Source of the DNA: Eledone cirrhosa | Lineage: Eukaryota | NCBI GenBank assembly: GCA_964016885.1 | Contig: OZ024740.1 | Coordinates: 52,266,001-52,330,000 of the forward strand | Direction: 5' to 3' | DNA length: 64,000 bases | Shown here: in pieces, positions 1 to 12,628 of the stretch | Numbering within the stretch: the stretch's first letter is position 1 | Layout: each line of letters opens with the position of its first letter | The notes under the pieces: model-generated | Databases searched by the model: none | Told to the model about the DNA's origin: nothing | What the model saw: only the letters and a program-made list of their open reading frames with translations | Position numbers and translations under genes: made by a program

Positions 1-228
1 TAGTAGAGCGTTCCTTTGTCAGTGTTGAACAAATGAGCAACGATGGTTGCTAGACACTGTACGGCTTAATTCGGGATGTTTGTTTACAAACACACCGAGC
101 ATTGTAATAAATGTTCGGTGAATCCATACGTACATATATATATGTGTGCATGTATGTATATATACATACTACTGTACGTCTGTATACATATATGTATGTA
201 CGTATACATACTTATGTATATATATACA
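1..228 (+). mobile_element. Penelope-like pseudo-LTR fragment (same family as 51731-52420)
   Basis: Aligns by eye with 51770-51978 and 52195-52420 (gtgttgaacaaa...cactgtacggc...ttcgggatgtttgtttacaaac...aataaatgttcgg). Starts in the 3' tail of the hammerhead (tagta). Confidence 0.7.
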
Positions 229-386
229 AATGGAAGTTTAGTAAAATCGAAGTTTTGGCTGTGGCCACGCTAACGATATACAGTTAGGAATGTGCAGCAA
301 AGCACTCGATAAGGCTGTGTCACCTTAGAGTAATTAACATACGTTAGATAGCGAGACAAATTGAAAACTGCGGCAGGCGAACCTAG

Positions 387-444
<58 letters not shown>

Positions 445-954
445 CTTTGGAGAGATCATTTTTTTCAATTTTGAATCAACGCCAATGTGTTTCCTGGTTA
501 TGGTCAGGTCTGGGTTACCTTCTCTTTGATGTGAAGTCACGTGTCGCTAAAAGTCAAGGGTTACTCCTACACTCGCTGGTATTAATCAGCGTGATGTACT
601 AGCTAGTGAACAGATCTTTCAACTCCAGGGAGGCTAAACCCCATTTATTAAGCGATCCCATGTCAGATTGCGTAACGTCACATAACATTACCCAATTTCT
701 GCGAATAGCGGTTCCAGTCCGACTACTATTGGCAGATTGGAATGGTGGTAACTGATGCTTTTGTCATTCGTCGGTCCGGGAACATGGAAAATTCAAATTT
801 CTACCCATACAAAGTCGCTTTCCTAACTGTTTAACGTAAGTGTCCACTCTAGTTGTTAGGTCTGTATTTTTAAAATTATAAACATTATTAAACTATTGAG
901 TGAATGAGAAAACGACCGAGGCTATGTTAATTACATCTGACTAGCTTCATTCAT

Positions 955-959
<5 letters not shown>

Positions 960-1018
<59 letters not shown>
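960..1018. repeat. (TA)n microsatellite (one of many TA/CA/GA tracts in the window)
   Basis: Pure TA run. Confidence 0.95.
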
Positions 1019-1021
<3 letters not shown>

Positions 1022-1198
1022 AAAGGTAAACAAAAATAACAACACAATCGATGGAATATATGCAAGTAAGTATGTTTTGAAAGAGCGAGCGAGTTTGAAA
1101 TTAGAGATAGAAGCTTTCGCCGTATTTTTTACTAAAGAAATTTTAGACTGATACTGGAGTCTAGAACCCTCTAAGAAATGGAAAAAGATGAGTATTGA

Positions 1199-1261
<63 letters not shown>

Positions 1262-1265
1262 ATAT

Positions 1266-1302
<37 letters not shown>

Positions 1303-1670
1303 GGAATGAAAAATAGCGTGCTGTGTTGTTGCGAATGTGATACATATGAAGTATTATTAGAAAGAGAAGCCGGGACTATCCTTCATCAGTGGTCTACTAG
1401 CCAGCATAGGTATTTCTTCGCATTAAAGATCAGATACCTCCGGCCATCGCGAACAATAACTAAAATAAGTTATTGGGATGAAAAGAATTGGGTGGAGAAA
1501 GAGAGACAGGTGAAGAAATAAAAATGATGAGGCAACGTAAAGAGAGGAAAAATGAGGAAATCAAGTCAATGATTCATTTGAACATAAGAACTTGCGAACA
1601 TTGACGAGAAGATATATATATCAGATAGGGTGTGGTAAAAAATACTTGGGGTAGTAGAGTGGGTAATATG

Positions 1671-1785
1671 AAAAGATTCAGGACCCCGACGGCTGAGTTC
1701 CGGCCGTTTCGACAGCTAGATCCGAACTGTTCGGATCTTGCTCTCGAAACGGCCGGAGCTCAGCTATCGGGGTCTTGACCCTTTT
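1671..1785. repeat. ~115 bp near-perfect palindrome (hairpin/MITE-like)
   Basis: tcaggaccccgacggctgagttccggccgtttcgacagctagatccgaac-t-gttcggatcttgctctcgaaacggccggagctcagctatcggggtcttga. Confidence 0.85.
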
Positions 1786-2129
1786 TATATATATATTATA
1801 ATTTTCATAGGTTTCGGCCAGTATTGGCTCAGGCCAGATCTAACTTAATAGCATCACCCTGCAATATGAATAAATTGTATATAAATATACACATTTATAA
1901 TACGTAGGTATATAAACACACCAGAAAATATGAAATTCCCTGTAAATTGAAAATATGATAAACACCTTTAATCGATTGTCAGCTCTAGCTGTGTTACTTT
2001 CTCTTTTCTTTTTCCTTATCTTAGTTTTTTTTCTTTCTTTCCTTTTCACCATTCCAATACTATTAAAGATTACTAACTTGACTATATAAGACTATTCAAC
2101 AGAATTCGTAATATAATCGGCTTGTCTCT

Positions 2130-2990
2130 CCACTGCCGGCGGACAGAATAGAGAAGGCGTTTCCCCGGTGAACGGCAAGGGAGACGCGCTGGAAGAGACA
2201 CTCCAACACGCGGGGCTCACTCCACGGCTGGCCAGCTAAGCCTATGGTGGAGGGAGGTAGCCCTAGGGTCGAGGACGCCAGAGGTCTCCACTGCTAAGGG
2301 TACAACTGCAAACCTGTCGGAGAGCGACTGGTATTTGAAGAGTTTGGCCTGCTCAGCCCGTTGTGCAGCAGAACCTGGGTTAGTCGCAGACTGCACCAGG
2401 TTGCGGCTACAGAAAGTGTCGGTGCAAGTGGCATCCCAGACGAGGGGTTTGCCACCGCGGAACGGGAAGATGATCATGCCACCGGCTCGAACTGGGAAGG
2501 GAAGCCTGCAGCGTCCAAGCCGTGCTTTATGAGCTCGTTGAGGGCAGCATGGCGTGGAAGGCGGCCGGCACTGTGGCGACAGGAAAGTGGGTGGAGGCCG
2601 AAAGAGTCCACGGTGGATCCACAGCGACATTAGTGTGGCTCGCAGATCCGGAGGCCGAGCCTCAAAGAAACGCCGATCCGCAGGCTATTGTTATCTAGCT
2701 GCGTGCCAGTGGAGAAGGAGGGCAGGTCATGGAGCCAGGCACCACTGTGGGGTTTGGAGGCCGCACGAAAACAGGCAAGGCGGTGCTGGTCGAGCTGGTG
2801 CGTTAGCCTGTCTGAAGCCAGGCTGCACTGGATGGCATCCCAAGTGCTTTGGGGGGAGACTTGATGTCATCAAGGGGAGAAGGAGGTGGGACGTCTACTG
2901 GGCTAAATCCCAGCCTGTCCCACGTCTCACAGGCGGTCTCATGTTCTCTGAACACAGAGGGTTCTACGTCAGAATGTGAGTATATCATCT
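2130..2990 (-). mobile_element. CRE-clade-like non-LTR retrotransposon, decayed 3' fragment (RLE domain)
   Basis: ORF 2217-2630 has PLVWDATCTDT...AEQAKLFKY...PLAVETSG. It continues in another frame as LFQRVSLAVHRGNAFSIL, typical of the C-terminus of CRE-type RLE elements. Confidence 0.7.
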
Positions 2991-3328
2991 AAACAACCAC
3001 CAGGAAACACGCATTTGACGCGGTTATAAACCCATTCACTCATAGTAGTATTCTGAAATGGACGTACTAATTTGCATATAATTAGAGATCGTGTTGTTAG
3101 TTAATTAAAATATAAATTAAGAAGTGCGCTAAGCAGCCAAAGTGTACGACAAAGATATATATATGTATATATACAGAGTGGGTAACCGTGACTGCGACAA
3201 CGTGTATATAAATATAATCATTTTGAATATGTAGACATGTAAACATGCTAGAAATACGAATTTCCCTGTAAAAAAAAATTATAAACACTTTTAATCGATT
3301 ACTCACATACACACATGTGTGTATACAC

Positions 3329-3409
<81 letters not shown>

Positions 3410-3599
3410 GAAAAACTGTGAAAGGATCTGGTATTATAGAGCAAAACATGGATATTGGTCAGTTTTAGAAGATTGCGGTTTACTTTGGTTCTGCATCTTA
3501 TTGAAGCATTACCGACTATTAAATTGTAGTCTTCTCCATCGCATTGAAAAGACTAGCAGCGTTATATAGAGGACCAATTGATGCATATGTAGTATGTTC

Positions 3600-3862
3600 T
3601 CCAGCCTTTGTGGCATCACTGTAATAGAATAGAAAGACAAACTCTAATAAATCTTGATAATAAGAAATAGGAGATCGGTGTTGTAAACAACATTCAAATA
3701 GCTTAGGGACTTTGATTCTAAAATTCATTTGTCTTGTTATGTGAGATTTAGAGCTACTATATTGTCCCCATCAGTGCACTGAAAGTAATTGTGGTAACCA
3801 GAAGAGTAATCTTATTTATACATACTAAAACTATGAAATAAATTGCAGCTTACAGTCATATC
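3600..3862. repeat. Interspersed repeat, unclassified (related to 12060-12320 and partly to 7750-7800)
   Basis: Shared gtgttgtaaacaa...gagctactatattgtcccc...agtgcactgaa...agtaatcttatt. Confidence 0.65.
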
Positions 3863-4404
3863 TTGGATTGTTACGAACACATTTAAAATCATATCTTAAG
3901 TGCTTCACTACATTATTTTATATACAAATGTACCAAATATATGAATGGGGGAAAATACATCAAGACAATTTCAGTTGATTGACACTTTCACACTATATTA
4001 CATATGTGCTTCCCAACCCATTTTGTATTTATGCATATTAGACTGGCCCACTCACATATGCTCTATAAATGGTTGACATAAATGGTTGACACAATAAGAA
4101 TACTTCCGCAGAGAAAACCATAGACCTAAGTATTTTCTGATTAAGAGGCAATAGTATATGTAAAGAGTAACAGTAATAGCTTGTTTTTCTGAGTACAGAG
4201 AGAGTAAAAGCAGGTTTGACACAACGACGCCTTTAATCAAAACATCTGTAGTTATATCTACAGTTATTTTATCTTAAATCCTTTAAAATAAATTAGAGGG
4301 TATATATATATATATGTGTAAAAGGTAAATAGAAATAACAACACACTCGGTACAGTATATGGAAGGGATATATTAGGTTAACGCTTGATATAGCAAGAAG
4401 AGGG

Positions 4405-4440
4405 TCTTAACGTTTCGGACGCTAGTCCTTCATCAGAAGA
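4405..4440 (-). ncRNA. Minimal type I hammerhead ribozyme in a Penelope pLTR remnant
   Basis: Minus strand: tctt-CTGATGA-a-ggac-tagc-gtcc-GAAA-CGTT-aaga. Stem I tctt/aaga, stem II ggac/gtcc, palindromic AACGTT stem III. Confidence 0.75.
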
Positions 4441-4754
4441 AAGAATGAGAAATAAGATAGATTGAGGGGACGGGCGGGATGGAATTTGAAAAAAATGTCT
4501 TTAGATAAAAATAACAGGTCCATTCATGTTGACATCTCTTCTATGTATAAGAAAAACAATGAAGTTTCGTTTACATGCATTTAGGCTGTTATTGTGTATC
4601 GACCTGTTAAGCGCGTTTCGCAGAAGATTGGCTCAAGTTCACCCAAGGAAGTTATGGACCCGATCTGCTCGTCAGATTGGTGATTCAACAAAAACCTTGA
4701 TACATGTAAACGGAACTTCATCGTTTTTCCTACTATATACACTCGGCCTGTTGA

Positions 4755-4820
<66 letters not shown>

Positions 4821-5179
4821 CCCAGGACATGTCTAATTTAATATCACCACCTAGTTAAGTCTTTCATATTCTGTTTTGGACACAATGACCCACTATAGTA
4901 AAGAGCTATTGTTTTCGGAGACATATCCGAGTGTAAGGAGTTTAACCGGAATTTCTTGGAGGAATTTATCCAGATACAATTTTTAATTTTATCGCATCTG
5001 CTTCTGTTCTGGTTTTCGTATGATATTAAAGAGAACGGGACTAGTTGAGGTGAAATAGTTGAGCCGTAATGTTGTTTTGAAACACGAGTTCTACTTTTGT
5101 AGTGATCGGATAGTACGGGGACCAAGCTTTGGGTGGATTTTAAAGTTGATGCCAAGATCATTTGGACAATATTGATGGA

Positions 5180-6620
5180 ATATTTTCCATATTATATAGA
5201 TGATGTAACGCTCACGGTGGTGTTGGAGAGAGTAGAGTTTGAGTTTTTTTAGTCGACCTCAATAGTCAAGGTCAGTCATGCCATCTATATTTTTTGTAAT
5301 TGACCCCTGGGGCTCTTTAATTTTTATAACACTTTTTTCTTGTGAGGAGACTATAGGGGAGGTGAAGCCGGGCAAAGGTAGAAAAGAGAAGAATGATGGT
5401 GTGGATATCGCTCGACTGGAAAGTTCTACGAATCCAGAAAGATATCAATTTTCTTGATTATGTGAGTATTTCAGCTTACGTTACTATCAACAATTACACC
5501 AAGATCTCTTGAGTTGTTGGATGCCACGAGGATTTCCCACGAAAGAATAGAGTATGGTAACTTCAGTGCATCCTCTTTTCCAAAGTGGATTAGTTCAAAT
5601 TTGTCTTCGTTTAGTAGTATATTGTTTTGTTTTGTTTTCGCCCATTGAATAACAACAAATAGATCCGATTGAAGGCATGATAAGTCTTCCACTTCGTTGA
5701 TGACCCTCTAGAGCTTGGAATCATCTGCGAAGATTCTTATGGTGTTGTGCTTGATGACGTCAATAACGTCATTGGTATAAATAATGTAAAGAAGTGGACC
5801 CAACTCAGTGCTTTTGGGGGCACCACTTCTAACTTTAGTTGATCTTGATCGTATTCCTTCGAACAGAACATACTGGACTCTGATCACCACGAAGCACAAT
5901 CCATTATAGTAACTTTCCACAGACACCAATGTTGGATAGTTTTTTCAACAGGATGCTCTGATCAGCTCTGTTAAAGGTTTTGCTGAAATCAAGATATTTA
6001 ACATCAGTGTTGGAGCCCTCTTTCAAAGCATTTAGGGTGTCATCAAAGTGATGCAGAAGCTGCTTTAGGCAATCCCTGCCATCACGGAACCCATGTTGGT
6101 TGGCGTTCAGCAGATTGTTGCTTTCGGGGAAGTAAGTTATTCATGGTTTCACCATCATCTATACCTTAATTATATGAGAGGTGAGTGAGATCAGACACTG
6201 CAAAGGTCTTGTTTCCCTTTTTTGAAAACTAAGACGACAGATTAGGACAAAGAATATTCAGTGATATAGCGAGCCTCAAGTGAGTTCCTCCACAGATTAG
6301 TAAAAGGAGATGCAAGTTCGTGTTCACTCACCTTCAGGTCGCTAGCAGGGACCCTATCGGAGTATACTGCTGAGTTGTATTTAATTGTGTTTATTGCCGC
6401 TAAGACATCAGGGACATCAAATATTATGTCAGATATAGTGTGTTGGGGATTAACATCACTGATACAGCCCAGATCAGCTATATTAGGATTGCTGAAAACA
6501 GAGTAGTATTGTTTCTGCAGTATCTCACCCTTGATTTTAGCATTGTCTAGGAGAATGCCATTTTCCCCAATCAGAGGGTCAACAGTGGAGACAGTGACCT
6601 TGTTTTGTTAGGCAAATGAA
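5180..6620 (-). mobile_element. CR1-like LINE, decayed reverse transcriptase fragment
   Basis: QHGFRDGRDC, YLDFSKTF, LGPLLYIIY, RIFADDSKL, LNEDKFELIHFG, RDLGVIVD, with stops and frameshifts. Confidence 0.8.
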
Positions 6621-7106
6621 ACGAACAGCTTGAGATTATATTTTTGTTTTGTTTCGAGCAGTGCAATAGCAGTTGAGTTGGTTAATTCTTTTTATTTTTC
6701 TAATAATAATTTTTCTATTTTTAGGGATTCTGCAGATCTTGATGGGGTGTTTTGCACATATATTTGTAACATCATTTGCAAATATCTGTCTTGATGTTTT
6801 GATATTGGTGGAGATGCGTGTGTGTGAAAGACCAGTTCATTAATGGAAGATCATTACTGATTGTATCTCAGTTTGTATTATGAAGATCCATGTTATGAAA
6901 TGTAAATATATAATAGGGATTTAGATCGATACAATGCTAAATGAATAGAATCCCTCGCAATTATTTCGAACTTGTCTGCAGAACTGCTCGACGATAACGG
7001 GGACAAAAAATATTTGTTTTAGAGTAAAAATATGTTCACGAAGCAACAATGCATGTTACGTAAGATAAACATTAAAGAAATATAAGTTGAATAATTTAAC
7101 AAACTT

Positions 7107-7197
<91 letters not shown>

Positions 7198-7199
<2 letters not shown>

Positions 7200-7408
7200 T
7201 TCCCTTTTATTCCACTTTAATCCACCCATTGCCGAGGCTTTAAACACTCTAGATGATTTTCTTATTTCTATAACAGATTGTTTTTCTATTCTATTACATG
7301 GATGTCACCAAAGCAAGAGACATGTTTATAACATGGCAATATGGTGGCGATTAAGCGTGGTGAAGTTTCTATTTATGAAATAGTGTTAAGACAAAGTTAC
7401 GTATATTT

Positions 7409-7465
<57 letters not shown>

Positions 7466-7867
7466 AAATAGTGTTAAGATATATCTTTGCTGGCTTTACA
7501 ACAGGATGGTAATAATTTACCGATGACATCGACATACTAGGATAACTACATCTCGTAATTGTATGACCCTCTTTTGATATCACATGATGACTCTTAATGA
7601 TGTAACAATTGCATATTACTAGCCACCATGTCATTGAAATATATATTATGCAATGAAACAATTATGTAAACGTAACTTTGTCTTAACACTATTTCATAAA
7701 TAGAAACTTCACGCTTAATCGCCACCATATTGCCATGTTATAAACATGTCTCTTTGGTGACATCCATGTAATAGAATAGAAAAACAATCTGTTATAGAAA
7801 TAAGAAAATCATCTAGAGTGTTTAAAGCCTCGGCAATGGGTGGATTAAAGTGGAATAAAAGGGAAGT
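7198..7867. repeat. Long inverted repeat, ~200 bp arms (7198-7402 / 7670-7867)
   Basis: acttcccttttattccactttaatcc...gacaaagttacgt versus its reverse complement, differing by small indels. Confidence 0.9.
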
Positions 7868-8118
7868 TTCCTGGGGGGATGGATAACTGGTTATTGGAAT
7901 CTTTCTAAATATACGCCATTAGGAAATTAGAGACTAATTTCGTGTTGATGTAATACATATATAAAACTTAAAATATAACCAAAAGAAATATAACTGTCAT
8001 GTTCAATGCAAACACTGTTGTCTGACCAACAATAATGTAATACTGATTGAAACCAGATTATCTTCGCAGAGTTACAATATAATCTTCCCGGATAAACAAC
8101 CTAATTATCTATATATAT

Positions 8119-8184
<66 letters not shown>

Positions 8185-8190
<6 letters not shown>

Positions 8191-8494
8191 AAGCAAATTA
8201 TAAATGTAAACATGTAAGTATGTTTTTGAAATGGTGCGCGAGTTTGAAAATTATAAATTATAAATTATAAGCTTTCACCGTATTTTAGACTAAAGTAATT
8301 TCTAGCCTGATAGTGGGGTTTATAACCCTCGGAGAAATGGAAAAAGATGAGTGTTGCCGTACCCCACTATCAGGCTAGAAATTTCTTTAGTCTAAAATAC
8401 GGTGAAAGCTTATAATTTCTAATTTCTAATTTCAAACTCGCGCACCGTTTCAAAAACATACTTACATGTTTACATTTATAATTTGCTTGTTTAT
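8185..8494. repeat. Inverted repeat, ~135 bp arms (8185-8319 / 8361-8494); family also at 1065-1200
   Basis: ataaacaagcaaattataaatg...ctagcctgatagtggggt mirrored by accccactatcaggctag...atttgcttgtttat. Confidence 0.9.
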
Positions 8495-8544
8495 CATTCA
8501 CTTGCTAAGTTCATAGCTTCTAATTCGAATGGAAGGAGACGGGA

Positions 8545-8628
<84 letters not shown>

Positions 8629-8635
<7 letters not shown>

Positions 8636-8853
8636 GTTAGAATATGTGTAATAAGGCCAAGACAATGCAGATATGGACATAGAAAAAAGAATGCAATAGT
8701 GAAAGATATTGATGTGAATTCGTCTCTCACCTTGAATTTATTTAAATGTCCTTAATTTTCGAGATAATATCTCTTCTTCGGAGGGAAGTAAAGGTCTCAG
8801 ACCAGCGTCTTTAAATTATTACACATATTATTACACATATTCTAACGTTTATA
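8629..8853 (-). mobile_element. Penelope pLTR remnant with short inverted ends and a degenerate hammerhead (8750-8784)
   Basis: IR aaacgttagaatatgtgtaataa / ttattacacatattctaacgttt. Minus strand reads cct-CCGAAGA-agagat-att-atctc-GAAA-ATTA-agg. Confidence 0.55.
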
Positions 8854-8893
8854 CCTCATTACACAATGCTTCAAGTGAACTATAACCTCCTCC

Positions 8894-8924
<31 letters not shown>

Positions 8925-9034
8925 TTAGCTCCTATTAGCGTTATTTAGCTCCTATCTCCGTAGTAGAGCACTTCCCGACCCTACCACGCCATATCCCGAC
9001 TTTTCCACCCAGCTCAAGTTTCTTCACCCGCACC

Positions 9035-9336
9035 ATGCGAAAACACAACATCGACTCCTCCACCAAGAACATCCCAGTTCCACCGAGAAAACTTTACCTT
9101 CGGATGCTCACGCAAAAAATCGACCTTTTTGCGAAAGACTGAGATGGAGAACTTTTTCTACGATCGATACCGCGACAATCAGGACTTCGACACCAAGGAG
9201 AGATTCGGATTCAATACCTACAAATCTCCCCCTCCGAACCATATGCTCTCACCCTTCGAGAACGACCTTTTCCACCTGGTCAAGAGCATTAAATTCAAAC
9301 CCAAACACAACAGATTCCTACAACAACTTAAAAAGG
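9035..9336 (+). mobile_element. Penelope-like element, N-terminal ORF fragment
   Basis: STKNIPVPPRKLYLRML...RLRWR...FGFNTYKSPP...PFENDLFHLVKSIKFK...FLQQLKK. Its end overlaps the start (KIKFK) of the PLE ORF at 52420. Confidence 0.7.
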
Positions 9337-9368
9337 GGTCATACTTTTTTCCTATATATATATGAGAG

Positions 9369-9446
<78 letters not shown>

Positions 9447-9655
9447 AGGAAAAATGTAGCAAAGACGGGAAAAGTAGAGTGATACAGAATTCGGTTCTCT
9501 GTATTGGCTACTGGCCAATTTTTCCGTCTATAATAATATCCGATATTCTAAAAGCTTTTCTTCATGGCTGTTTTCCTGCGTTCGAGATATTCTACATTTC
9601 AAAATATTTTAACTCACTTGACGCTACAATGCTTATTTACAATATATATATATGC

Positions 9656-9723
<68 letters not shown>

Positions 9724-9732
9724 GTATACATT

Positions 9733-10158
9733 ATGTGAGGTCGCTCTCGAGTGCTACTATCTCATGGTCGAGTCGTCGGCGACTAAGCCGGCAACCCCAC
9801 CAAGCTAGCTTGGTGAGGAGGGTGATGTTTGGACACCCTGCAGGATGAAATACAAGACTCGGAAAAGGCCCCCAGTTGTTGTCACAACACCTTTCTAAGA
9901 GAGGGAAACTCTGAAAAAAAAGTCTGTGGCTTCGGAAGCATCCGATGATGTTGACCAGTTCTCCTTTTCGGGTAGTATTTTCGATGCTCAGAGAGTGGGA
10001 TTGGTCCAGTGCAAGGCCTTTCCCCACTTGAAAAACCTTCAAAGCACTGGCATTGCTTGTTCAGGATCTGTTACAGGTTCGTGTGGTTGGCCGTAGTTTA
10101 AAAGTGCACCATTTTCTGTAATCTGACAAGCGATTGCAAACTCTTAGCAGATTTTGCA

Positions 10159-10166
<8 letters not shown>
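9733..10166 (+). mobile_element. Non-coding, RTE-derived-like non-autonomous retroelement
   Basis: Shares tctcatggtcgRgtcgtYggcgactaa...ttggtgaggagggtga...gagagtggga and the 3' end gcagccaYcat with the copies at 16874-18093. Confidence 0.55.
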
Positions 10167-10216
<50 letters not shown>

Positions 10217-10614
10217 CAACTAGAAATTGATTAACATATAAATAAACATATGAAACAATCACAGGGGATAATTTTTACAAGTGTGTAACCACACATAGCT
10301 AGGTAGGTAACTAAATAAAGTTAACTGGAACTTCAAAAAAAATAGATACCTTATAATATGATTAATCTTCCTTGTATATATTCCATTAAAGAATATATAT
10401 AGGTTATTTACATAAGTAACTTGCAGTGCGCTGCCCGAAGCACGCGATGCTGTTACGGGGTCCACCTCTCGTCGGGTCGTGCTCCAGGTTTAAGGCGGCT
10501 GTGTGTTGCAGAATGTACATATAGTGAAAATATTTCATGTCAGATTTGCAGCTTGTAGAATATTTATTTGCATATTACAATTGTTTCAATATCGATCACT
10601 ACACACACACAAAG

Positions 10615-10680
<66 letters not shown>

Positions 10681-11248
10681 TTATATATATACATACATTC
10701 GTATATACAATAAACAAGGTTGTCCAGACGATTTCCAAATTGAAGGTTTTAAATAAGTTGGGATTAAAATAAACTTCGTGCCAAACTTGGATAAGAAATA
10801 TTCTAGGTATATATGTAAGTATGTGTGTGTGGGAGGGGGGTATATATGTGGGTGTGTGTATATAAGAACTCGAGGGATATGATCCTGCTTTTTACTTCAT
10901 CATAGGTATATCTGTCAAACTGTAACCTTTTCTGGTGCATCTAGAGGCCTAACAATGTTATATACAGTGTTATATACATTAGCAGAAAAACCACCCCCCG
11001 GGTGGTTTTCTGCTAGCGTGTGTAGTGTGCATATTGATATTATACGCAAGTATATATGCATGTAGATATGATACATCAAATAAAATCGTAATTGACAATA
11101 TACACAGAAATTGAATGAAGACTGCGTTACACTGTCTTATGTAATCAGTAACGTAATCCATGATACATTAAAAAAAGACGATATATATAAACTGCATTGG
11201 GAGAAAATTAGTGACGGAAATATATGAATGTTTATTTAAGCGATCGCT

Positions 11249-11464
11249 AACCGGAAGTGTTGACATTTGAAAATTTTAAAGAAGTGAATCTTGAAATAAG
11301 CAACAAAATTATTTATATTTAATCAAGAATAACGAAATTTAGTAGATAAATTATGTAATATTCATTCATTATTTATTCAAAGTAATCCAACTTATTTTAC
11401 AAACGGGATAAAAAAATATATTCTGGACGCAGTCCCGCACTCCATACTTTATTATAGTTTAGAT
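11249..11464 (-). mobile_element. Duplicated ~215 bp repeat, possible non-autonomous Helitron 5' end (second copy 11847-12058)
   Basis: Two similar copies. The minus strand begins a^TCTAAACTATAATAAAG, resembling Helitron TC 5' termini. No 3' CTRR/hairpin was identified. Confidence 0.4.
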
Positions 11465-11544
11465 ATATAGAAAGATACAGAGCTTAGCGTTGTTTTGAAA
11501 ATTAGCTTTGTTTACAAACAGCGGAAATTCTATTTCACTATCTA

Positions 11545-11674
<130 letters not shown>

Positions 11675-11763
11675 CATATATATATATATATATGTCACAT
11701 AGTCTCTTTGTAACTCTCCATTTCTTCACACACTCTCTCTTTCTTTCTCGCTCTAACTATATA

Positions 11764-11798
<35 letters not shown>

Positions 11799-12567
11799 GG
11801 TGGTGGTTGTGGTGGTGGTGGTGGTGGTGGTGGTTGTGGCGATATACCGGAAGTATTGAAATGTGAATCTTTTAAAAGAAGTGAATCTTGAAATATGCAA
11901 TAAAATTATTTATGATTAATTTGTTATGAAATTTACTAGATAAATTATGTAAAATTCATTCATTATTTATTCAAAGTAATCCAACTTATTTTACTAACGA
12001 GATTAAAAAATATATTCTGGACGCTGTCCCGCACTCCTTACTTTATTATAGTTAAGATGTCCTCTTGCTTTTGTGACATCCATGTAATAGAAGAGAAAGA
12101 CAAACTGTTATAGAAACAATACGAAATATGAGATCAGTGTTGTAAACAACCTTGAAATAGCTGAGGGACTTTAATTCAAGAATTCATTAATCCCGTTATA
12201 AGAGTTTTAGAGCTACTATATTGTCCCCTAGAGTGCACTGAAGGTAATTTCGTAATCAGAAAAGTAATCTTATTCATACATGCCGAAACTGTCAAATATA
12301 TTGCACTTTATAGTCATACTAATGAGCTCGGGTGATTTACATATATAGTAAATGTTATTCATATGCATGATGTATGCGAAGAAATAAGAAAAACGTCCAG
12401 GGTGTTTAAAGCCCCGACAAGAGTTGGATTAAAGTGGAATAAAAGGGAAGTTTCCTAGGTGGATGGATAACCGGTTATTGGAATCTTTCTAAATGTATAT
12501 CATTAGGAAATAGATAGACACGCATATACATATATATATATATATACATACATCCATTCACACGCAC

Positions 12568-12628
12568 ATACATACATACATACATACATACATACATACA
12601 TACATACATACATACATACATACATACA
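12568..12628 (+). repeat. (TACA)n microsatellite, 5' flank of the R4-like element
   Basis: Pure CATA run. Confidence 0.95.

Noticed and set aside
4054-4245. Possible minus-strand exon ending in a GTGAGT donor
   Set aside because: The acceptor and frame are ambiguous and no recognisable peptide results.
4844-5161. 105 aa minus-strand ORF
   Set aside because: No recognisable motif; may be a decayed transposon piece.
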